A stretch of DNA of 64,000 bases, taken from the NCBI GenBank assembly GCA_951406725.2, contig OX597820.1, positions 12,710,001-12,774,000 on the forward strand, written 5' to 3'. This document shows, in pieces, positions 52,706-64,000 of this stretch. The notes beneath the pieces were generated by a model. It was not told the origin of the DNA. It made no database searches and saw nothing but the letters and a program-made list of their open reading frames with translations. Each line of letters begins with the position of its first letter. Position 1 is the stretch's first letter. Source of the DNA: Octopus vulgaris. Taxonomy: Eukaryota. Made by a program: the position numbers and the translations under genes.

Positions 52706-53688
52706 GTATATAACATTGGATAGTATGGTCGGTCACGTGATATTACTCCATGTGATTACATATATACGGATAGCTGCTGTATTAGTTGAGTGTTATAATT
52801 CCCTAATAGATACGCCAGGCTAATTATTTTCTATTGAGAATACGATACAATGTTACACAAAGATAATGTCAATTATTGATATAATTTTTATGAATATTGA
52901 ATTCCGAGAAGTGGAATTCAGTATTTAATTTGTAGCAATTGCTTCCAATTTTAAACTTAATACCTTCTATTGCATTTTATTCCAGGACTTTTAATATCTT
53001 CACGTTTACTATCTTCACAGACAAACCTATACTTACACACACATATATATATACATATATATACACACATATGTGTGTGTGAGTGTGTTTTATTTAACAT
53101 ATACCCGCATTATATTCCTCACTCGTATTGTTATCGAACCAAATGTTTAACTACGGTCCTTCCATAGCACTTATATAGCCTTACCTGCAACTTTGGGTCT
53201 TCGGGATACTAGTACTTCGCATATATATATCCACATACATACATAAGATAAATAAATTCCTCTGCAGTAATGCATTTTGCGGTGGAATTTCCACATATAC
53301 TACATTACAGCTGAAGATGGACGTAGGCAATGGAAAAAAATGTTTCTATTTTACGACCTTGTGAACCACAAACGGAAAAGAACCTTTCATCATGATGGAT
53401 TATTAAAGGTTGCTTCTGGCGGAAAAGTTTGTTGACAATGACAGATCACAAAACATTGATAAATTGGTCGCTATTGTTGAATTGCTAAGTGTTTTGCAAC
53501 TATTAGATTTTGGCGTGAATAACTTGTTTAAGGACACGATGTGGGTGAAGATGAATAAATAAGATTTGTTGGGCGTAAAATCATAGACGAATGAAAAGAT
53601 TAGAATGTTGTACTACTCTCTCTCTCTCTCTGACCCTTTGGTATAACGTTAATCACAGAAAGAAATATATTCTGACTTTATACTAAGT

Positions 53689-54135
53689 CAGGAGTGGCTG
53701 TGTGGTAAGTAGCTTGCTTACCAACCACATGGTTCCGGGTTCATTTTCACTGCGTGGAACCTTGGCCAAGTGTCTTCTACTATAGCCTCGGGCTGACCAA
53801 AGACTTGTGAGTGGATTTGGTAGACAGAAACTGAAAGAAGCCTGTCATATATATATACATACATATATATATATGTATGTATATATGTATATATGTATTA
53901 TGTATGCATATGTGTGTGTGTGTGTATGCTTGTGTGTCTGTGTTTGTCGCCCCAACATTGCTTGACAGCCGATGCTGGTGTGTTTACGTCCCTGTAACTT
54001 AGCGGCTCGGCAAAAGAGACCGATAGAATAAGTACTAGGCTTACAAAGAAAATGTCCTGGAGTCGATTTGCTCGACTAAAGGTGGTGCTCCAGCATGGCC
54101 GCTGTCAAATGACTGCAACAAGTAAAAAAACAGAA
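53689..54135 (+). mobile_element. SINE family A
   Basis: Full head, internal microsatellite, tail. Confidence 0.88.
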
Positions 54136-54495
54136 AGAATAGCGTTCATGAAATGACGACGACGACGACGACGACGACGATGATGATTATGATGTTGACG
54201 ATGATGATGAAAACGCTGATGACGACGACAGCAATAATGAGAGGAGTAGGAAGAGGGAAAGAAGAGGAAGAAGTACTACACATAATTACTAACAGTATTG
54301 ATGAGAATCTGTGCCATGGTACCAATAACTCTGATCATTAGGATGGTTTAGTCAGTACTGAAAGATGAAGAGCTGTGTAATTTTGCCGGATTTTTAATGA
54401 ACTTTTCTGATTGAATAAATAAATAAATAAATAAAATTTGCTATGCGATTGTAATTTAAAGTCAAATTAAATTTCTGCTTCAGTCTTGTATACAT

Positions 54496-54925
54496 AGGCG
54501 CAGACGTGGCTGTGTGGTAAGAAGCGTGCTTCCCGAGCACATGGTTCTGCGTTCGGTCCCATTGAGTGGCACCTTGAGAAATGTCTTCTACTATAGCCTC
54601 GAGCTGACCAAAGTCTTTTAAGGGGATTTGGTAGACGGAAACTGAAAGAAACCCGCCACACACACACACATGACACACGCACAGACACACATATGTATTC
54701 GTGTGCGTGTGTAGCTTTGTGTCTGTGGTTGTTCCCCACCCCGCCACCGCTTGACAACCGGTGTTGGCTTTTTTATGTCCCCGTAACACAGCGGTTCGGC
54801 AAAATAGTACCAAGCTTAAGAAAAAATAAGTACTGGAGTTGATTCATTCGACTAAACTCCTTCGAGGAGTGCTCCAGCCTGGCTGCAGTCAAATGAGTGA
54901 AACAATTAAAATATAAAGGATGAAA
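54496..54925 (+). mobile_element. diverged SINE family A
   Basis: AGGCGCAGACGTGGCTGTGTGGTAAG..GTGCTCCAGCCTGGCTGCAGTC. Confidence 0.8.
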
Positions 54926-55001
54926 ATATAGATAATGGTTACGATATCATTATTTCTTCGCCGTTCTTATGACTTTTGTTTCAATATTTATTGGCCCCTA
55001 A

Positions 55002-55232
55002 GGCGGCGAGCTGGCAGAAACGTTAGCACGCCGGCCGAAATACTTAGCGGTATGTTATCTGTCTTTACGTTCTGAGTTCAAATTCCGACAAGGTCGACTT
55101 TGCTTTCATCCTTTCAGGGTCGATAAATTCCAATAAATTGCGTACCGGTTGTGTACTGGGGACGATCTAATCAACTAGCCCCCTCCCACAAAATTTCGAG
55201 CTTGTGCCTAGAGTAGAAAAGTAGAAAAGAAG
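55002..55232 (+). mobile_element. SINE family B (alternative tail) with 16-bp TSD
   Basis: ATTTATTGGCCCCTAA at 54986-55001 and 55233-55248. Confidence 0.9.
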
Positions 55233-56260
55233 ATTTATTGGCCCCTAATGCATCAATTATCTCATTACAATTGAAAACATCTGTAAACGGTTTACAACGA
55301 GTTTGGTGGAGCCATTTGATCAAATATGAAGGATTTAAGTAAAACAAAATATTTGGTAGAGCTACGGGGCCACAATTAATTAGGCATAACAAATATGATG
55401 CTATGTAAATCATTTCTACCTTTTGCCTGGTTACTAATTTGACAGCAACCAAGTGAAAGATTTAGCCGAACAAAGTGAGTCTAGTATTTATGTTTGAAGC
55501 CTAGTATTTTATAAAATTATGATCCTACCATTTTTTGCCAACATTCTCCCTAAAAAATCAACCTTGTTTCAAGCAGCAGAGTGAGATAAACACAACTACG
55601 AAGCAATCACTTTAAACAAGACAATCGGTCATACCGAACCCATACACCAGTATATATATATATATATGGTACGACTCTATAACACTGTCTCTCTAACCCC
55701 TCTCCTATATTTCTCTGCCTTTCACACTTTGCACTCCACTTTGATCTGTTTCTTTCTCACTCTCACTCTCTCTTCTCCTCCTTTGTTCCTTGTTCCCCTT
55801 TTTTCTCTCTTCTCCTCACACGTGACTGACTGACCGATTGCCGGCCTTTCGTGGTTAGCAGTCGTCGCGGCAAGACACATTTTTTCTCTCTCTGCTCTAA
55901 GGCATTTTTCTAACACGCCAGCTCAAAGTTTACTCCTGTCGAAAGACGCCTGTCTGTGACGTCCTGTTTTTGTTATTATTATTATCATTATTGTTTTTAC
56001 GTATTATCGTATTCATTTTCGTGTTACATCGTCCATTTTTCCGTCTTTGTATACATTCAAAGCTTTCTTCCAAGGAATCTAATGCGCTTGGCTTAGATTT
56101 TCCCTTGGGGCTGGCCAAATCGGAGCAATCTCAAGATTAATCAGCCGAAATTGCGAGGATGATCCGGTTCTTGACTGAAGATTGAAGGCTTCGAATATCC
56201 AGTCCGTGTTTTTTGTAACGTCTTCTAAATGTTTTGCGTCTTGTCCCAGTTTGTATTTTT

Positions 56261-56329
<69 letters not shown>

Positions 56330-56339
<10 letters not shown>

Positions 56340-56830
56340 ACCCACAACCTTCGTAAAGACTAAAAGTGCTTATACTGTCTCCTTCATAAGCTCGTCTTTC
56401 TAGCGATCATAATAATTTTTCTATCGTCTTCGCTTAATAGCCCTCACCGTTTGTTTTTACTGTTTTGTTCTCACTGTCCTGTTCTTGTTACCACTTTCAC
56501 CCTCCTCAAAAAGTCCCAAATTTTATTTAATTTACTTTGCGGGAAGAACTGCTTCAACAAAGTCGCGTCTTGTCCTTGCATTTGTAACGCAGAGTAGATG
56601 AAACAAGGACAACTGAAGAAGAGGAATATTCTTTATGTTGTACGTCTCGTTTCTTTGTTTGTTTTTTTCGTTGTCCGAAGAAAAGTCCGTTTATATGTTT
56701 TCGTTTCTCAGTGTTCATCGTCTTTTTTGATGTCCTGTACCCATATATGCATGTATATATACATATATATGTAGGTATGTACATATATGTATGTAATAAT
56801 GCATATATTCACATATTATTTATATCATAA
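56330..56830 (+). mobile_element. repeat homologous to 17517-18475
   Basis: TTTGCGGGAAG..GTCGCGTCTTG..CTGAAGAAGAGGAATATTC; microsatellites on both flanks. Confidence 0.65.
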
Positions 56831-56832
56831 TA

Positions 56833-56954
<122 letters not shown>

Positions 56955-57617
56955 GCACATACATAGATACAACAGAGCAACAGATAACCTGATACTGCAA
57001 CTATGATGGCGATGGAATCTATTCATTTCCATTTGTGGCTGCTGATCTGCCAATTCCTGTCAGTCCCAGCACATGAAACAACACGCAACTCTATGTTATC
57101 GCTAAAACATCTATTTCGGCAGGTCTCCTGAACCGACCAATTCTAATTCTTGCTTATTTTTTACTTGGAAGTCATGTATTTCCATCTGAAAGTCACTGTG
57201 ATCCGAATCATTTGACGTGTAACAGGTAGAGACTTACGTCCACGTATCTTCAAGCGATGTGGGACTGCTTCACATTGTTAACACTCATGCACGCATGCGC
57301 GCACATGTACACGCACGCGCACACACACACACACACATAAACAGACAGGCAAACAATGCCTGAACATAAAACTTCATATGTACATATATATCTCGATATT
57401 GGTAGCTTCTTTCAACAGCTCAAAATAATTCTTCTTTTTCTCTCGGTATTTTACGTGAATTCGTATAACACACCTTGAAGAGAATTCAAAACTACAATGA
57501 TAATACAACAGTTAAAACATATTTCTTTTCTTCAGCTTACTATTGCATCATGGGATACTCTTAATGCGATGTATTTTCCCATCAGCGAATCTCCCTCACT
57601 CAATCACTCTCTCTCTC

Positions 57618-57847
<230 letters not shown>

Positions 57848-58082
57848 TGTTTAGCTCTCGTTGTCAGCCTCCCTTTCTCAGATTTTCGCATTTTCTTTAT
57901 CTCCGAAACAACGTATATCCCCTTGACAAACTATTTCACTCTAGCAACACATCATAACAACAATCATACTAACATCTGCTGTATGTAACTTACTTTCATA
58001 GTTCGTGTTTTCTAATTCGTGTACATAGAAAAATAGACATTTAATACAGACAGAACCAAAGTTGTATATTTTGCTATCTATC

Positions 58083-58141
<59 letters not shown>

Positions 58142-58239
58142 CGTAATATAATTTTCCTGATTCTTCAGATTTTTCTATATGCTAGACCACTGGTTTTAAA
58201 TTGTAATTAATCAAATTGATATTCAATTTTTCGCCTTTA

Positions 58240-58279
<40 letters not shown>

Positions 58280-58582
58280 GAAATATGTTACGAAAAGAAA
58301 ATATAAAATACACGTGGAAATGTAAGGGTAAAATATGAAAAATCAACGAATATGCACATTGCAATTAAAAAAAGGCTATTTATGACAGGTAACGACAAAT
58401 ATATACGTTAAGAATGACTGAGGTAGTAATACGAGTCATAAAAGTCATTATTATGAGATGATTATAAGATGATAATAAAGTAAGAGAACAAAACGGACCA
58501 TGGTTTACGCGAAGCTATTCATCGTTTGAACAACACCGTTTGATACACGGTGTCAGGTCTAATAGTTCCTGAGGAAAAAGGA

Positions 58583-58613
<31 letters not shown>

Positions 58614-58619
58614 GCTATA

Positions 58620-58850
58620 TATGAAAATAAACAAAAGACGGAAAGCATTATGAAAATAAACAAAAGACGAAGGCAGGTGGAGTACAAACAAACAATTGTA
58701 TTAGTATGGCGCTCAGGAATATAAATAAAACAAGTCTTTTAAGTTTCGAGCCTACGCTCTTCAACAGAAAGATACACAGAAAAGAAACACGGAGAGAAAC
58801 AAGGAGAGAAAAAAATGCGTGCAGAAGCTTGCGATTCAACATGGCGATAT
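58620..58850 (-). mobile_element. (TA)n-embedded element with minimal hammerhead-like motif
   Basis: UCUUU-CUGUUGA-A-GAGC-GUAG-GCUC-GAAA-CU-UA-AAAGA at 58735-58772. Confidence 0.68.
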
Positions 58851-59030
58851 CGATATATATATATATATATATATATATGGTGATGCAAACAGGAAAAGTA
58901 TATTTCAAAGTATGAGTATATGTATGTCTATATTAATATTTAGCAGAAACAATTGAATGACTCAAGGTCCGAGCATTTCGTGCCATTCATAAGTATGTGT
59001 GTGTGTGTATGTGTGTGTTTGCATGCGTGC

Positions 59031-59062
<32 letters not shown>

Positions 59063-59063
<1 letters not shown>

Positions 59064-59296
59064 TTTATTTAAAGCAGCAGAAAATTCAACAAAATCTGTT
59101 ACTCTGAGTTTCTCGTTGCCGTTCATCAGACAGTTTTTGCTAGAATCTAGCAAAAACTGTCTGATGAACGGCAACGAGAAACTCAGAGTAACAGATTTTG
59201 TTGAATTTTCTGCTGCTTTAAATAAAGCATATTACTCTACCACTGGTATTTGAATACTCTTTTTTCCACCTTGTTTCACATTTATGTGTTTACTCC

Positions 59297-59300
<4 letters not shown>
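59063..59300 (+). mobile_element. (TA)n-embedded pLTR-like element with 5' fold-back palindrome and two hammerheads
   Basis: Palindrome 59063-59227 centred on CTAGAATCTAG; unique extension to 59300; (TA)n on both sides. Confidence 0.85.
59157..59194 (+). ncRNA. minimal type I hammerhead motif
   Basis: CUGU-CUGAUGA-A-CG-GCAA-CG-A-GAAA-CUC-A-GAG-UA-ACAG; mirror copy at 59096-59133 (-). Confidence 0.72.
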
Positions 59301-59366
<66 letters not shown>

Positions 59367-59384
59367 ATTATGTATGTGTATATA

Positions 59385-59560
59385 CAGTTGGAATTTACAA
59401 AGCAAAAACAAAAAAGAAGACAGGTGTGTAAACAACAAACAGGTGTATTAATTTAACGCTCGGGAAGGTAAGAATATCTTTTACGTTTCGAGCCTATTCA
59501 AGAGAAAGGAACACGAGAAAATAAACAGAGAATAAAAAAGAAAGCTTTAGTAGTTAGAGG
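59385..59560 (-). mobile_element. deleted copy of the 31275/58620 element family
   Basis: TCTTTTACGTTTCGAGCCTA present; the core side is partly deleted. Confidence 0.6.
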
Positions 59561-60067
59561 TCATTGCATTTTGCGTGTACAGATAAGTTGATGTTTGACT
59601 GTTACTGTCAAGTTTAGAGCTTTGCGTGGATTACTCTCGCCCTGTCTGCTTCCAACATAATGGTTAAGCAACTAATATTTAATATTATTAGTAATTACGA
59701 TATACATAGCAAATGTATATTAGACAGGCATCACCAAGGTTTCTGTCTATCGATTTCACTCATAAGGGATTTGTCGACCCGAGGATATAGTAGATGACAC
59801 TTGCCCAAGGTATACCGCGGTCGGATTGAACCAAAATCTACGCGATTCCAATGCGACATTCTTAGATACACAATTATGTCTGCACCAATTTATAAATAAT
59901 TTACTAAATGTAATCGTTGTTTCGCTGATCTTGTGACCAGCACTATTTGTTAAAAGCAATATAAAGAATGGTTAGCATGCAACAAATTTTGAAGAGAATG
60001 CTTGGTGATCGAAATGCATTGGATTTTAAAAATAATGTAGCATCGACGAAATGGTATGCGGTATGAA

Positions 60068-60297
60068 GGCGGCGAGCTGGCAGAAACGTTAGCGTGCCAG
60101 GCGAAATGCTTAGCGGTATTTCGTCTGTTGTTACGTACTGAGTTCAAATTCCGCCGAGGTCGACTTTCCTTTCATCCTTTCGGGGTCGATAAATAAAGTA
60201 CCAGTTACGCACTGGGATCGATATAATCGACTTAATACCTATGTCTGTCCTTGTTTGTCCGCTCTGTGTTTAGCCCCTTGTGGGTAATAAAGAAATA
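60068..60297 (+). mobile_element. SINE family B with 15-bp TSD
   Basis: GGTATGCGGTATGAA on both sides. Confidence 0.92.
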
Positions 60298-60337
60298 GGT
60301 ATGCGGTATGAAAGTTTAATTAAGTTTGTGGTATTAA

Positions 60338-60943
60338 GGCGGCGAGCTGGCAGAAACGTTTGCATGTCGGGCGAAATGCTTAGTGATATTTCGTCTGCCG
60401 CTACGTTCTGAGTTCAAATTCCGCCGAGGCCAAGTTTGCCTCTCATCCTTTCGGGGTCGATAAATTAAGTACCAGTTATGCACTGGTGTCAATGTAATCG
60501 ACTTAATCCCTTTGTCTGTCCTTCTTCGTCCCCTCTATTTTTTAGCCCCTTGTGGGCAATAAAGAGATAAGTAACGTTAGCACGCCGGGCGAAATGCTTA
60601 GCGGTATTTCGTCTGCCGCTACGTTCTGAGTTCAAATGCGGCCGAGGTCGACTTTGCCTTTCATCCTTTAGGGGTCGATAAATTAAGTACCAGTTACGCA
60701 CTGGAGTCGATATAATCGACTTAATCCGTTTGTCTATCCTTGCTTGTCCTCTCTGTGTTTAGCCGCCAGTGGGTAGTAAAGAAATAGGTATTTCGTCTGT
60801 CTTTACGTTCTGAGTTCAAATTCCACGGAGGTCGACTTTACATTTCGGGGTCGATAAATTAAGGACGAGTTGTGTACTCGGATCGATCTTATCGGCTGCC
60901 ACCCCCCGCCAAAATTTCGGACTTTTTGCTTAGATTAGAAAAG
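60338..60943 (+). mobile_element. three-unit SINE family B composite within one 18-bp TSD
   Basis: AATTAAGTTTGTGGTATT at 60318-60335 and 60944-60961. Confidence 0.9.
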
Positions 60944-61190
60944 AATTAAGTTTGTGGTATTTACGTTTTATTAAATTCCCGTGCAGCTGACAACTAACAT
61001 TCTGTCGCATAGGAAAGGAGTTGATCTCTTCATCCGCGATCATAAAAGATATGGCGTCGTTCCAATGAGAGAAATCATTATTTAAAACATATTTTTTAAC
61101 ATGATCACTTTCCTTGTAATAGACATTATATTCATTTCAATTCGAAACTGATTTTGCTCTCTTTTTTAATTATCATGATGGGACATGATA

Positions 61191-61670
<480 letters not shown>

Positions 61671-61789
61671 AAGAGAGAGTAAGACAAATGATAATCTACG
61701 CATACAAACGCGTGTTTTACACTTCTTTTGTATATGTTTAACTCTCCTCAGTACCAGGGGTAGAACATTTGTTGTGACAAACTTTGGAA

Positions 61790-62960
61790 TCGTGGTTTAT
61801 CAAATACCTGCAAAAAATGTTTAGCCCCAACGACGTTCATGCTAACATGGTTGCTCCATTAGAGTATGTTGCTCTAATCTATCAACAGTGCAAAAGTATG
61901 CAACTGAATTTAGGAGGAGAAGGAAGAGTAATGGGGATGTTATCCCAAGGTCTGGACGTCCTGAAATTGTCACCAACGAGGAAAACATTGATGGATGACA
62001 GGTGATTGACTCTAAATCAAATACACAATGCCATTCAAATATCTCGTGAGAGAGTTGAGAATATTCTGCAAAATGAACTTGGCATGACGAAAGATTCTGT
62101 TCGGTGGGTCCCACGTCTTCTGACTCTTGAACAAAAGCGCACCTGTCTGATCAGATCACGGGCAAAGCTGACATAGTTTGAGGCATGTCCGGCTAGTTTC
62201 CTTGAACATTCCCTGAGGAGGGATGCGTTCATCACTTTGAGCCAGAAACAAAGAAACAACCCATGCAATGGATACACCTCATCCTCACCTGTTCCGAAGG
62301 AGACCAGGGTCGTTTCATCACCAGGGAAGTTGATAGCCTCAGATTTTGCGGATGCAAAAGCATTGTGTTTATCGACTATGTTCATCATTGGGAAGTAGTA
62401 TGCCAACTTTCTGAGGCAGTCACGAAAGGCTATCAAGACCAAAACACCCAAGAAAACTGACAAACGGGATCCCGCTTCATCAGAACAAAGTTCCAGCACA
62501 CAAGTCCTTGGATTCAGATGCTACGATGCATGACTGTAGCTTTGAAATTGTTAATCACCCTCCCGGCGGCGAGCTGGCAGAAACGTTAGCACGCCGGGCG
62601 AAATGCGTAGCCGTATTTCGTCTGCGATTACGTTCTGAGTTCAAATTCCGCCGAGGTCGACTTTGCCTTTCATCCTTTCGGGGTCGATAAATGAAGTACC
62701 AGTTATGCACTGGAGTCGATATAATCGACTTAATCCGTTTGTCTGTCCTTGTTTGTCCCCTCTGTGTTTAGTCCCTCGTGGGTAGTAAAGAAATATAATC
62801 TCCTGATTTTGACCCATCTCACTATCATCTGTTTTCAAACATGAACAAACGACTGGGCATCAGTATCGCAGAGATGATAACGTAATATCTTCTGCTGATG
62901 TTCTTTGATGACTGTTTAAGCAACAGAATGAAAGCACAAATTGGATCCAAGCTACAATAC
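61790..62960 (+). pseudogene. degraded mariner transposase interrupted by a SINE
   Basis: ILQNELGMTKDSVRWVPRLLTLEQK, VHHFEPETKKQPMQW, EIVNHPP|SINE|SPDFDPSHYHLF. Confidence 0.82.
62565..62794 (+). mobile_element. SINE family B
   Basis: Full copy inside the HPP..SPD codons of the mariner remnant. Confidence 0.9.
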
Positions 62961-63187
62961 TGAAGGAAGAAGTGGACTCTCCATGACAATATCTTGCTTA
63001 ATGAATGAACTTTTCCGCCGACTCCCGAAATAATACCTGCTGAGGCAGAAACATGTGTTCACAACCATTTTCTTGTCTCAAGATAATCTGTCTTTCTTCT
63101 TAAGGTCATGTCAGATTGATTACAATCCCACAAAGCGATCGTTCTGCCATATCGAAGCTGATATAATTTAATTGTTACGATGCTCAT

Positions 63188-63353
63188 AGGCGCAGGTGTG
63201 ACTGTGTGGTAAGTAGCTTGTTTACCAACCACATGGTTCCGGGTTCAGTCCCACTGTGTGGCATCTTGGGCAAGTGTCTTCTGCTATAGCCCCGGGCCGA
63301 CCAAAGCCTTGTAAGTGGATTTGGTAGACGGAAACTGAAAGAAGCCCGTCGTA

Positions 63354-63395
<42 letters not shown>

Positions 63396-63623
63396 TGCGT
63401 GTGTTCGTGTGTCTGTGTTTGTCCCCCTAGCATTGCTTGATAACCGATGCTGGTGTGTTTATGTCCCCGTTACTTAGCGGTTCGGCAAAAGAGACCGATA
63501 GAATAAGTACTGGGCTTACAAAAGAATAAGTCCCGGGATCGAGTTGCTCGATTAAAGGCGGTGCTCCAGCATGGCCGCAGTCAAATGACTGAAACAAGTA
63601 AAAGAGTAAAAGAGTAAAAGAGT
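63188..63623 (+). mobile_element. SINE family A
   Basis: Full head to (GTAAAAGA)n tail. Confidence 0.9.
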
Positions 63624-64000
63624 ATATATATATATGTGTATATTTAAACATAATAAATAGGGTAATAATAAATCATTATTACCAGTAGCCTAGCACAAAA
63701 AACGAATTAGTCATTAGACTATATATTATTCATATAGAAATTCAATAAGAGGCTTCCAAATAGGAAAGCGTTGTACTAGAAAGAGCAGTAGAAATCTCAA
63801 AAACTACTAAAAAAGGATAAATACACGCACTACTGCTACATCCTCTTCATTATTATTGGTATATTACTCAGCTATTTACTCAATTAATCCTGTTGGTCAA
63901 TTGGTCAATTAATAAGATAGGTTTCTCAAGATCCGTTCGTCGCCATTCGCAACCTTTTCAATGCTATTCTGTCTCTACTCTACCATATAGAAAACGTATA

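Noticed and set aside
56170-56210. CUGAAGA..GAAG-G-CUUC-GAAU hammerhead-like motif
   Set aside because: GAAA broken and no stem I or III.

Overview
AT-rich, repeat-saturated eukaryotic DNA with no confidently intact protein-coding gene. Nearly all ORF-track entries are translated microsatellites or SINE sequence. The SINE set resembles octopus/cephalopod tRNA-derived SINEs, so the organism call is an inference. Contents: three tRNA-headed SINE families (many with target-site duplications, some as head+N x body arrays), dead mariner and Tc1 transposons, MITEs, short Helitron-like elements, CR1-like and RLE-type LINE remnants, Penelope-like (PLE) RT-thumb and GIY-YIG fragments, and a near full-length U2 snRNA copy fused to a LINE/SINE-type 3' tail. 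The main signal is a set of unrelated short elements lodged in (TA)n tracts. They carry type I hammerhead ribozyme motifs with palindromic mini-stem III and often form fold-back palindromes, consistent with Penelope pLTRs or non-LTR retrozymes. The largest is a 557-bp hammerhead-bearing unit arranged as a tandem array and then mirror-duplicated (19151-20999). All folds and alignments were done by eye, and boundaries of degraded repeats are approximate.
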